A stretch of DNA of 64,000 bases from a phage. Position numbers and translations under genes: made by a program. Below the pieces are notes generated by a model, which was not told where the DNA came from, ran no database searches, and saw only the letters and a list, made by a program, of their open reading frames with translations. Positions 56,235 to 64,000 of this stretch are shown here, piece by piece. The DNA is taken from assembly GCA_027263115.1 (NCBI GenBank), contig GCA_027263115.1_3656.1; one strand, given 5' to 3'. How positions within the stretch are numbered: the stretch's first letter is position 1; every line of letters starts with the position of its first letter.

Positions 56235-56527
56235 TCTCCCTCTACCGTGGTCGGATTGTCAGTAAGAAATTGAGCATTGGCTGGAGGCACGCCTGACATT
56301 TTCCACACAACCATAAGTTTGTAACCAGGCACTCTATTAAGTGCAGATCGAGTAGAGTTTGTGCACGTATACTTTCGCTTTCCAAACCCGTTCTCCATCA
56401 TAATCCAGTACCCAGTATCTTTGTCACCAGGTATCGGTAGACCACCTTCATCAACCCACTGAATGGACCACGGCACGATGGCTACAGCTTTATATTTAAA
56501 CTTTTTAAACCACTCAAAAAGTTTCAT
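56231..56527 (-). CDS. hypothetical protein
   Basis: 98-aa ORF, ATGA overlap. Confidence 0.5.
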   Translation of the reverse strand: MKLFEWFKKFKYKAVAIVPWSIQWVDEGGLPIPGDKDTGYWIMMENGFGKRKYTCTNSTRSALNRVPGYKLMVVWKMSGVPPANAQFLTDNPTTVEGD

Positions 56528-56712
56528 AATTCAGCCTCGCTTGGCAACTCTTCTACCTTAACATGCCGAAAAGTGTTACCGTAATGGTTGATCCATGACA
56601 TCAGCTCGCTTTCTTGCTCTTCCTCTGGGATGAACTCTCGAATGCTGACAAGTTTTAAGAAAACCCAATCACAATCTGCACCCATTCTACCAGACAGGCA
56701 ATAGTGCTTCAT
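56524..56712 (-). CDS. hypothetical protein
   Basis: 62-aa ORF. Confidence 0.45.
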   Translation of the reverse strand: MKHYCLSGRMGADCDWVFLKLVSIREFIPEEEQESELMSWINHYGNTFRHVKVEELPSEAEL

Positions 56713-56730
56713 AAAACCCTCCTGCCTGGT

Positions 56731-56925
56731 TTAGAATATTGCTTCTTCCATTGCGCCTGAGAGCAACAAAGAGGTGATCTGGCTAACATTCATCTCAGAC
56801 TCTACTTCCTCCCCTTTGAAAGGTTCGCGGCAGAATAGGACTGTTTCAGGACTTTTACTTCGAACAATATAATACAAATCATTCAATGTGTTGTAGTAAT
56901 AAGTGTTAAAACGTAAGTTTTTCAT
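56731..56925 (-). CDS. hypothetical protein
   Basis: 64-aa ORF. Confidence 0.45.
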   Translation of the reverse strand: MKNLRFNTYYYNTLNDLYYIVRSKSPETVLFCREPFKGEEVESEMNVSQITSLLLSGAMEEAIF

Positions 56926-57209
56926 TTTCTAGTCCTCTTCTTAGATTTTTGGGGAGAAACGCTTTCTGCAATACGAGACAGACGTTCTTCTGAAGCCTTA
57001 CCTACTCCAGGTTTTTTGAGTGGATTATCTTTATGACCACAATCCAACTGGATATTGGATACCTCTCCAACTTTGTAAGTCAATTCTAGCAAAAGGTTGT
57101 CGTCCTTGTCAAATGTTTTTACGATAAATTTTTTATCGTTCTCCTGAACTTCATATCTGGTACCTGCAGTATACAGCATGGTGCCATCAGCATAGGATAT
57201 CCAGATCAT
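56922..57209 (-). CDS. hypothetical protein
   Basis: 95-aa ORF, basic C-terminus. Confidence 0.5.
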   Translation of the reverse strand: MIWISYADGTMLYTAGTRYEVQENDKKFIVKTFDKDDNLLLELTYKVGEVSNIQLDCGHKDNPLKKPGVGKASEERLSRIAESVSPQKSKKRTRK

Positions 57210-57553
57210 TGAGCCTCCTTTTGCTGCAACAGCATTAACTCTTTGTTAGAGATCTTTACTGCTGTTTTTATTGTTCCATCTTCACGAAACCACGACCAGA
57301 ACTCTACAGTGTCACCACTATCAAGTAAAGCATGCCCATGGTAAAAATCTTTGTCCTTAGACAGTTTCTCATCTATATCTGCATCAACACATTCGTGATC
57401 CATAGCATTTTGCCTGAACGCATCGGTTATGCCAATGCACGCCTTGCTCTCAAGACTGGTATATCCGATATCTTTTAATTCAGTTTCCCAAGTCCAGTAC
57501 CCTATAAAAGCTAAAACAGCTACCCACAGTAATAACGTTTTAATCTTTGGCAT
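57206..57553 (-). CDS. hypothetical protein with N-terminal signal or TM segment
   Basis: MPKIKTLLLWVAVLAFIGYWTW hydrophobic N-terminus. Confidence 0.5.
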   Translation of the reverse strand: MPKIKTLLLWVAVLAFIGYWTWETELKDIGYTSLESKACIGITDAFRQNAMDHECVDADIDEKLSKDKDFYHGHALLDSGDTVEFWSWFREDGTIKTAVKISNKELMLLQQKEAQ

Positions 57554-57615
57554 TCTCTCTACCTCTTTCTTAGTTTATTTCACTATGGCACATCCTTTGT
57601 GCCATATCTCAACTA

Positions 57616-58086
57616 CTACTTAAATAGTAGTTCAAAATAGTGCAAAATTAACAGAAGTTGAACTACACCTAGTGCAACGGCGAGTATGTTAATCTTAGAA
57701 TCGAAAAACTTCTTAACTTTTACTCTAAAAGGTTCCTTAATGTCCTTTACGATCCTATCTATAGATGACCTCATATCTCTGATTACCATCCTGAACATTA
57801 AAGACGGATGCTCCCCCATCTCTGTAACGGAATCGAAAACATACTCTCTTCGGTCATAAGGGCCGCCAGCTCTGCGTATTAACCTCTCCACAGAGACCTC
57901 GAACGTCACACCTGTAACGTAATCATCTATAACAAGTCGTGACGGGTCTTTACCTTTACTATCAAGAGGTATCAAAGTTATCTTTCCAGATTTTGTTAAA
58001 ATTTCCCCTTTTTCAAGCAAGGTGTACCAATGCTCTCTGCCAAGACTGTTGAGGCACGTTTTTACATATTTAACAAACATCGTCAC
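57616..58086 (-). CDS. hypothetical protein with C-terminal TM segment
   Basis: 156-aa ORF; C-terminal LAVALGVVQLLLILHYF. Confidence 0.5.
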   Translation of the reverse strand: MTMFVKYVKTCLNSLGREHWYTLLEKGEILTKSGKITLIPLDSKGKDPSRLVIDDYVTGVTFEVSVERLIRRAGGPYDRREYVFDSVTEMGEHPSLMFRMVIRDMRSSIDRIVKDIKEPFRVKVKKFFDSKINILAVALGVVQLLLILHYFELLFK

Positions 58087-58286
58087 CCCTCATCGCACGT
58101 CTGATATAACCACTCTATAAAATCTTGATACCATTCGCCCTCTGAGCGCTCCGTAGGCCAATAATCTTCACCCTCTCGTGCATTAAAATCTGAGTATTCA
58201 ACTTTCCACTCCTTTACCAGCTCGTGGAGAAGGTTTTCAGCCTGCTCTAAAGATTTATTTTTTACCATTGCTGTCTCCTTTTTCAA
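58083..58286 (-). CDS. hypothetical protein
   Basis: 67-aa ORF, ATGA overlap. Confidence 0.45.
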   Translation of the reverse strand: MKKETAMVKNKSLEQAENLLHELVKEWKVEYSDFNAREGEDYWPTERSEGEWYQDFIEWLYQTCDEG

Positions 58287-58487
58287 GATAGTTATACATC
58301 AGAACTGCACCACCTAAGATGGCTACCAGTAACAATATCCCAGATAGCATCTCAATAAACATGGCTTGAAACACTGGAAGGTCTCCCTAAATTAACGCAC
58401 CATTTTAAATACATGCTCTTTTCCCATAAAGGTGCCTGGCTAAGATCTGCGTAGAACGCAATCTCTTTAAGAACAGTATAGATAGTT

Positions 58488-58715
58488 TTAGGTGCGGTCT
58501 CCATCCCTACTCTCCTTCCTGATATTCTTGTAGTAATCAACTAGGCACATTATTACGATGAAGATAACAACAGGCCAAAAAGGTGCAGCAGTGATGATGG
58601 TGATAAAATCATCAAACTTCACCCTTCGTCTGGACACGATGCATACACCTGTCAAGAATACCGCTGTTATAACGGACATTACCAGGTAACCTATTAGCAC
58701 AACATTTATACTCAT
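58488..58715 (-). CDS. hypothetical membrane protein
   Basis: two hydrophobic helices. Confidence 0.5.
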   Translation of the reverse strand: MSINVVLIGYLVMSVITAVFLTGVCIVSRRRVKFDDFITIITAAPFWPVVIFIVIMCLVDYYKNIRKESRDGDRT

Positions 58716-58745
58716 TGGTCCTCCCTTTGTAGGTTAAATTGTATA

Positions 58746-59279
58746 CTACAAATGGTCGCTGAGGGTGTCAAGAAAATTATCCCGTTCTTTCTCAGAGTTT
58801 TCATGTGTGTAGCTGAAAAACATATCGAGAATAACCTTATTGATATATTCCAGCTCCTCTGTGTTCAGATGCTTAGCAGGATCTACAATGACATCCCAAA
58901 TATCATACAGACCACACTCATGATACCCATAACGCCACTCAATTGTCAAGCTGAGCGGCAAATCTTTACCTTCACAAACAACCTTCCATCTACATATGTT
59001 GGTATCTGGTCGTACCTGTGCACGGTACACCTGCACAAAATCCAATTTGAATTTGAGGTACTCGTCATACAATTTAAGCACAAAGCTCTCGATTTGTGGA
59101 GACACTTTTGCAGCAAACTGTGCGTATTTGTACTTGCACTGGATGATCTTTCTGCGTTTTGCAGTTAAATTTTTTGCCGCCAGTTGTTCTTCAGTGTATC
59201 TCCACCTACGATCAACAAACGCAACAGGGTCTTTGTCCCCATAGAGGTCTTCCCAGTTAATCAGAAGCATACCTGTCAC
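58746..59279 (-). CDS. hypothetical protein
   Basis: 177-aa ORF. Confidence 0.55.
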   Translation of the reverse strand: MTGMLLINWEDLYGDKDPVAFVDRRWRYTEEQLAAKNLTAKRRKIIQCKYKYAQFAAKVSPQIESFVLKLYDEYLKFKLDFVQVYRAQVRPDTNICRWKVVCEGKDLPLSLTIEWRYGYHECGLYDIWDVIVDPAKHLNTEELEYINKVILDMFFSYTHENSEKERDNFLDTLSDHL

Positions 59280-59509
59280 TCCTCCACAACTTCAAGGCCT
59301 TTACCGCCTCGCTCTGGCAGATTACTTAAAGATAGGTAATACATATAATCAGGAGAGATCCTGCCAGACTCTGCACCTGCAGCTAGTAAATCCTTCCCTT
59401 TAACCAGGACAACATTCTCGTTTGCAGATAGCCGTTTTGCTTCCACAATTTTACCAACACAGTCAACCAAGGAAGGGTACCCTAAATCTGTAAGAAATTT
59501 AACTTTCAT
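59276..59509 (-). CDS. small acidic protein, MKVK family
   Basis: MKVKFLTDLGYPSLVDCVGK...LLAAGAESG...EVVEE. Confidence 0.55.
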   Translation of the reverse strand: MKVKFLTDLGYPSLVDCVGKIVEAKRLSANENVVLVKGKDLLAAGAESGRISPDYMYYLSLSNLPERGGKGLEVVEE

Positions 59510-59546
59510 GCTACCTCCTACCTACCGTCCCTGGTAAGATAAATTA

Positions 59547-59945
59547 TTACTGAACAGAGCGCGGTGCTGGGAAGGATAACTCTTCTAAAGAGAAGATTTC
59601 ATTTCCTACCACCCAAGTTGCTGGGTCATCTGGATCAACAGGTTGGATAATCATTACCTCATCCGCCTCGCACACACGTTTCCCACCCATAGTAGCGTCA
59701 GCCACTAACATACGCGGCTCTTCAGAAATGCACAGGTAGCCACCTCGGCCCACTGTTCCTTCCACGGGATCCTGCCCTTTGACCACAATGAATACCTTCT
59801 CTCCTGTGGAGATATTACTTTTCACACTAACAGTTTGACCAACTTTAGATGTACCGATCTTGGTGGCTTCAAACATTAAATCCCGAATTACTGTTGCATA
59901 GTTGCCGGACACTTTCTTACCTTCTTTAGTAATCTCAATCTTCAT
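59547..59945 (-). CDS. hypothetical protein
   Basis: 132-aa ORF. Confidence 0.5.
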   Translation of the reverse strand: MKIEITKEGKKVSGNYATVIRDLMFEATKIGTSKVGQTVSVKSNISTGEKVFIVVKGQDPVEGTVGRGGYLCISEEPRMLVADATMGGKRVCEADEVMIIQPVDPDDPATWVVGNEIFSLEELSFPAPRSVQ

Positions 59946-60217
59946 AATCTAGGCTCCTTAAATGAATCTATGTAATCAATTAAATCCCAAGCATCGCGAT
60001 GGGCTGTCAGAGGGTATACTTCTCCGAGAGGGATCATAGCAATAAGTCTATCAAAAACCCAGTCTGGACGCAACATTTTATGGTGATATTCCCACTCACC
60101 TTCCACAGATTTTTTCTGAGTGATCAGGATCTCTGTGTAGTGTTTCGCCTGTCTTGAGTAGATTGAAAATGACTTGTACATAAATGACCCCCTCTTGTTG
60201 AAAACAACAATACACAA
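59942..60217 (-). CDS. hypothetical protein
   Basis: 91-aa ORF, ATGA overlap. Confidence 0.5.
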   Translation of the reverse strand: MCIVVFNKRGSFMYKSFSIYSRQAKHYTEILITQKKSVEGEWEYHHKMLRPDWVFDRLIAMIPLGEVYPLTAHRDAWDLIDYIDSFKEPRL

Positions 60218-60532
60218 CTACCAGGTTACTGTCAAGTAGGCAACCGTATTATTTTTCTCTGGGGAGATGCCAACAACATCTACCTGCAGACCTCCTGCCC
60301 TTAAATCTCCAACAATGTGCGGGAAGTAATCTGAGAGATGCGAGGGTAGATTTATCGAAAATCCGCACCCCAGAAAGCCTGCTAACGCTTTATTTTGTAT
60401 CTCCCCTACAATCGCATCATAAATGGAGTTAAGCTCGTCAGGGAGCGTTACAGGGCGTTTTAGCGCTAGCTGGTGTAATTTGTCCTTAGCACTCATTTTC
60501 ATTTCAGGTCTACCTCTGGGGGTGCCAACCAC
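60218..60532 (-). CDS. hypothetical protein
   Basis: 104-aa ORF. Confidence 0.5.
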   Translation of the reverse strand: MVGTPRGRPEMKMSAKDKLHQLALKRPVTLPDELNSIYDAIVGEIQNKALAGFLGCGFSINLPSHLSDYFPHIVGDLRAGGLQVDVVGISPEKNNTVAYLTVTW

Positions 60533-61032
60533 ATAAACGGCGGCAAGTCTAAACGGTTTTTCTTATCCCACACAAAATATGCATATGCTTGCCCGTCAGT
60601 TCTGCCGTTTGATTGAAATGATGGACGCTTAGATATTGTGATCACAGTAGTAGGTGCATTATCAAGCCACCATTCAAATCTGGCTTTGCTTTCCAGAAAA
60701 TTAAGACGCAAAAGCATAATAACTACGTCAGCATCTTTCAACGCCTTGTCTACAAACTCACGAGCCAGGCTGTATGGTGGGTTGGTGATAATACAGTCAA
60801 CATGGTTGTATTCTGTATTCAGATAGTCAACACCTTCTTGTATTTCTCCCCATGCAGATCCTAACGGCATACGGGAGTAGAACACACCTGAGGCACTATT
60901 CCTGCAAGGCTCTAAGTAGGTCCAGTCTTCTGGGAACGGAATAAGGTCATACAGCCCTTCTGCACACCACTCCGGTGTCACATACTCATCGTAGGCGTTA
61001 CGTTGTTCATCAGGTTTTCTAGCACAAGTCAT
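60499..61032 (-). CDS. small Dam-like DNA N6-adenine methyltransferase
   Basis: IITNPPY motif IV (NPPY); 177 aa, typical of compact phage Dam-family enzymes. Confidence 0.65.
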   Translation of the reverse strand: MTCARKPDEQRNAYDEYVTPEWCAEGLYDLIPFPEDWTYLEPCRNSASGVFYSRMPLGSAWGEIQEGVDYLNTEYNHVDCIITNPPYSLAREFVDKALKDADVVIMLLRLNFLESKARFEWWLDNAPTTVITISKRPSFQSNGRTDGQAYAYFVWDKKNRLDLPPFMWLAPPEVDLK

Positions 61033-61083
61033 GCAAATCTCCAGATCATAAAAGCCCTCCGAAGAGGGCTTTAGAATTAATGT

Positions 61084-62133
61084 TTAAGCTTCTTCGACAA
61101 TTCCTGCACCCAGGATTTTTTCATTGAGCTCTTTTGCTGTTTTAATAATATTGTCCACCAGACGCTTGCGAGTCTTATCTTTCACCTTAACCTCTTCACC
61201 GCCGTTCAGAGTAGTCTTCAATTGAGACAGAATATCCTGAAGTTCAACGACAGAGAATCTCTGCAGATCTTCTGAAGTAATCTCACTCAGGGCAATTCTG
61301 ACGGTCTCGCCACTTTCCATCTGCAGATTCAGGAACACAGTGTGAACATCACCTTTCGAACCACCCGCTTTTGCAGATTCAACAGCATGAACTAACTCAT
61401 CTAAAGATGTGCACTGGTGAATCTCCGGAAGACCTGCTTCACCTAACACGCCTTCTTCATCACCTTTTGCCAGAAGCTTTTTCGGTTTTTGTCCGTTCTG
61501 GATGCGTTGTATGTTGCCTTCATCCAGAATAATAGCTCCAGTGCGTGCTGCCAGCTCTTCTCCGTCCAACCACACTTCGCCACCAGCTGTGATGGATGCG
61601 ATCTCATCTTCTGTCAGCACCCCACCGTAGTATTTTTCGATCAGGCGTTCAAAACGTTTTTTCCAGTAGCTGACCTGAGTATTCATGTTCACACCGTTAC
61701 CATAAGTGCCACCTTGATAGTAGTGGAACATAAACTCTGTGTCCGGAGCCACAGTACGTTCTTTACAACCAAGCCATAAGATTGTTCCAGCAGAGCAGCA
61801 CATCCCTTCAGCATGTGCAACAACGCTTGCCTGAGACTCTCGGAATGCCTGCAGATAAGCCATTGCAATGTGCACGCAACCCCCAGGGCTATTGATGATC
61901 ACCCGAATGCTTTCTTCCGGCTGAGCCATACGGATCGTCTGCAGACGAGACATATGATCTTGTAAGTCTTCCAAATCGTCGATATAAAGAACGTGGTCAA
62001 CAACAGGTGTTGGGTAGCTGTATGTTTCCATGATACCGCCCGGCATACCAAACATTTTATTACTCATAGGTTCGAAACCGTTCTGTTTTTCTTTCATGCC
62101 GTGTACCATGGTGCTGCGAGGTGTTAAATTCAT
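61084..62133 (-). CDS. ClpP-like serine protease (S14/S49 fold)
   Basis: INSPGG, catalytic Ser context GMCCSAG, His in FMFHYYQGG; long C-terminal extension. Confidence 0.7.
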   Translation of the reverse strand: MNLTPRSTMVHGMKEKQNGFEPMSNKMFGMPGGIMETYSYPTPVVDHVLYIDDLEDLQDHMSRLQTIRMAQPEESIRVIINSPGGCVHIAMAYLQAFRESQASVVAHAEGMCCSAGTILWLGCKERTVAPDTEFMFHYYQGGTYGNGVNMNTQVSYWKKRFERLIEKYYGGVLTEDEIASITAGGEVWLDGEELAARTGAIILDEGNIQRIQNGQKPKKLLAKGDEEGVLGEAGLPEIHQCTSLDELVHAVESAKAGGSKGDVHTVFLNLQMESGETVRIALSEITSEDLQRFSVVELQDILSQLKTTLNGGEEVKVKDKTRKRLVDNIIKTAKELNEKILGAGIVEEA

Positions 62134-62193
62134 GAGAAATCCTTAATATTGGAAGTTGAAAGCTATTTATTTAAACCTGATTCACATTTACCT

Positions 62194-62505
62194 TTATTTA
62201 GCAATCACTATGGAATACTTACGATTGTCAGAAGCATCACAGCTCAATGATTGCCAGTCTACCACATACCACGTATCATTGTCAACAATTACTTTATCGC
62301 CTGTTCTGTAGCAGGTGCTGCTTTCAATAATCCGAGACTCGATAAAGAATCTGTGTCGGCGCTCACGTAGCAACGCTAAGTTGATTATATTACCACCACT
62401 GTCCTTGATCCACACATTCTTGGATCCTTTATTTGCCAAAATTGTCTCGCCGTTATAGACAAACAGGCAGTATATTTTATTCAGTCTCTCTTGTATTGTA
62501 GCCAT
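62194..62505 (-). CDS. hypothetical protein
   Basis: 103-aa ORF. Confidence 0.5.
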   Translation of the reverse strand: MATIQERLNKIYCLFVYNGETILANKGSKNVWIKDSGGNIINLALLRERRHRFFIESRIIESSTCYRTGDKVIVDNDTWYVVDWQSLSCDASDNRKYSIVIAK

Positions 62506-62535
62506 ACTATCTCCTTCTCCTTGTCTTGTCCGATA

Positions 62536-62564
62536 ATAATATCTAAAGCTTACCTGTTTGTCAA
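62536..62564 (-). promoter_or_regulatory. sigma70-type promoter (leftward)
   Basis: minus-strand TTGACA-17nt-TATTAT between phoH and the downstream gene. Confidence 0.55.
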
Positions 62565-62608
62565 CAACTGTTTTAGATATTTAAGGGTGGAATAACCACC
62601 CTTCTGTA

Positions 62609-63397
62609 TTACTCGGAAACAGGGGTCCAAATATGATTTGCACGATCCTCAATAAGATTGAGTGCAATCTGACGACCCAACCCGGAACGAACAACATCGT
62701 CTGGACTATCAAAGCTGATCATTCCAACCTCAGGGTCTGGATGACGAGTAAAGAAATCCGTCACCCATGCAAGGCCAGATTTACCAGGGATGTCACGTTG
62801 GCTATTATCGCCCATAATTACAAGGGTGGCCTGATCAGAGATCCTTGTGATAATTGACAACATTTCTTCAGGGTTAGTTTGCTGTGCCTCGTCAATCAGG
62901 ACAAAGCATCGCTCATCGAAACTACGACCACGAATGCTTTCAACCTCACAAATCTCGATACGGCTGTTCTGACCGTCTCCCAGCATTGCGGCAAAAGCAC
63001 CTTTGCCAACACGACGACAAATCGTGTCCATCATGCTTCGAAGATAGGGCCACAGTTTCTGCATTGCATTTCCAGGTTTAAATCCTGAAGTCTTTCCTGT
63101 CTGAACGTAAGGACGTGCAACAATGATCTTATCAATCTCGTTCTTACGCAGAAGATCACCTGCATATGCAGATGCCATGAATGTCTTACCGGATCCAAAC
63201 ACACCGTTTACAATGATAATCTTACGTGACCCTAGATAATCAAGATACTTTTGCTGCTTCTTATTCATTGGTCGGAGAGCTGGAGCGGTGTGCTCTCTTT
63301 CGTCAGCAAATTTCTCAGCAGCCTTGCGCAGGCGATCAGATTTGCGAGCCTCTCTAGCTTCATCACGCATGCGTTTTGTTTCTTTAGCTCGACCCAT
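62609..63397 (-). CDS. phoH: PhoH-like ATPase
   Basis: Walker A GVFGSGKTF, Walker B CFVLIDEAQ, IMGDNSQRD block; matches the PhoH family pattern. Confidence 0.85.
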   Translation of the reverse strand: MGRAKETKRMRDEAREARKSDRLRKAAEKFADEREHTAPALRPMNKKQQKYLDYLGSRKIIIVNGVFGSGKTFMASAYAGDLLRKNEIDKIIVARPYVQTGKTSGFKPGNAMQKLWPYLRSMMDTICRRVGKGAFAAMLGDGQNSRIEICEVESIRGRSFDERCFVLIDEAQQTNPEEMLSIITRISDQATLVIMGDNSQRDIPGKSGLAWVTDFFTRHPDPEVGMISFDSPDDVVRSGLGRQIALNLIEDRANHIWTPVSE

Positions 63398-63435
63398 GTT
63401 GGGACTCCTTTCAGATTGAGATGTGCCAAGTACTT

Positions 63436-63786
63436 TTACTGCAACAGTTTTTCAATAGCCGCTTCCATGCTGCTTGCAACAGCCTGAACTCGGATATTCA
63501 TCTCTTCTTGGTGGATCAGCTCCTTAAGCTCTTTAATGGTAAATTCTTTAGAGAAACCTTCCACCATAATCTTGTGTAAGGCTTCTTGCGTATCTACTTG
63601 CAAGAACTTTTCCAGTTTGTTGGCAGAGGCTTCTAAATCAGCCCGAATGCGAGGGTCATCTGTGCGATTCAGCATTAGGCGTAAGCCATCAAGATTAGTA
63701 GAAATAGCGTCTGCATGTTGAGTAACTAACCGTGGCAAAATGAGATCTACAAACTTATTAGCCAAATCGATACGTTCTTGTGTCAC
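63436..63786 (-). CDS. hypothetical protein
   Basis: 116-aa ORF, GTG start overlapping upstream stop (GTGA). Confidence 0.5.
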   Translation of the reverse strand: MTQERIDLANKFVDLILPRLVTQHADAISTNLDGLRLMLNRTDDPRIRADLEASANKLEKFLQVDTQEALHKIMVEGFSKEFTIKELKELIHQEEMNIRVQAVASSMEAAIEKLLQ

Positions 63787-63896
63787 TGTTGCACCCCCTC
63801 TTCATCCTCATGATGTTTCTTTTCACGCTTGTGTTTTTTCTTGAGCTCAAGCGCAATTTCTTTTTTGTACGCCTTCTTCAAGGCTTTTTTAGCCAT
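63783..63896 (-). CDS. small basic protein (37 aa)
   Basis: ATG after GGAGGTG; Lys-rich; below ORF-track cutoff. Confidence 0.35.
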   Translation of the reverse strand: MAKKALKKAYKKEIALELKKKHKREKKHHEDEEGVQQ

Positions 63897-63927
63897 TTGG
63901 CACCTCCTCTGCTTTCATTTTACGATA

Positions 63928-63957
63928 ATTATACCTATCTAAACAAAGCTTTGTCAA
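63928..63957 (-). promoter_or_regulatory. sigma70-type promoter (leftward)
   Basis: minus-strand TTGACA-18nt-TATAAT upstream of the small basic ORF. Confidence 0.6.
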
Positions 63958-64000
63958 CAGCTAGTCTACCTGAACCCAACCGCCTGATACTTTTTTAAAC

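Overview
This window reads as a segment of a large virulent dsDNA phage genome (GC looks about 43% by eye) with E. coli-type sigma70 promoters and short RBS-led genes, many with ATGA stop/start overlaps. Layout: (1) a leftward block at 43-7155 with an HAD-like hydrolase, three tandem 87-aa paralogs, a vWA/HExxH metallopeptidase and an HNH-domain protein; (2) a rightward block at 7232-34540 with a MoxR-like AAA+ ATPase, a secreted SleB-like cell-wall hydrolase, rIIA, rIIB, a Dda-like helicase, two DNA methyltransferases, a Toprim/DnaB-type primase-helicase, a T7-like family A DNA polymerase, an SSB-like protein, a further HNH endonuclease and a macro-domain protein; (3) a rightward array of about 30 very small genes at 35.5-46.2 kb, each with its own promoter; (4) a 2.6-kb ORF-free, repeat-dense region at 46.3-48.9 kb where the two transcription directions converge; (5) a leftward block at 48.9-63.9 kb of small genes including a RaiA/HPF-like ribosome hibernation factor, a Dam-like methyltransferase, a ClpP-like protease and PhoH. 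The strongest single observation is that the DNA polymerase gene is interrupted by an 843-nt group I intron carrying an HNH homing endonuclease, with splicing restoring the HDE motif C. Coordinates of non-track features were indexed by hand and may be off by 1-2 nt; all functional calls are from motif recognition, not database searches. No tRNA, rRNA or CRISPR array was found.
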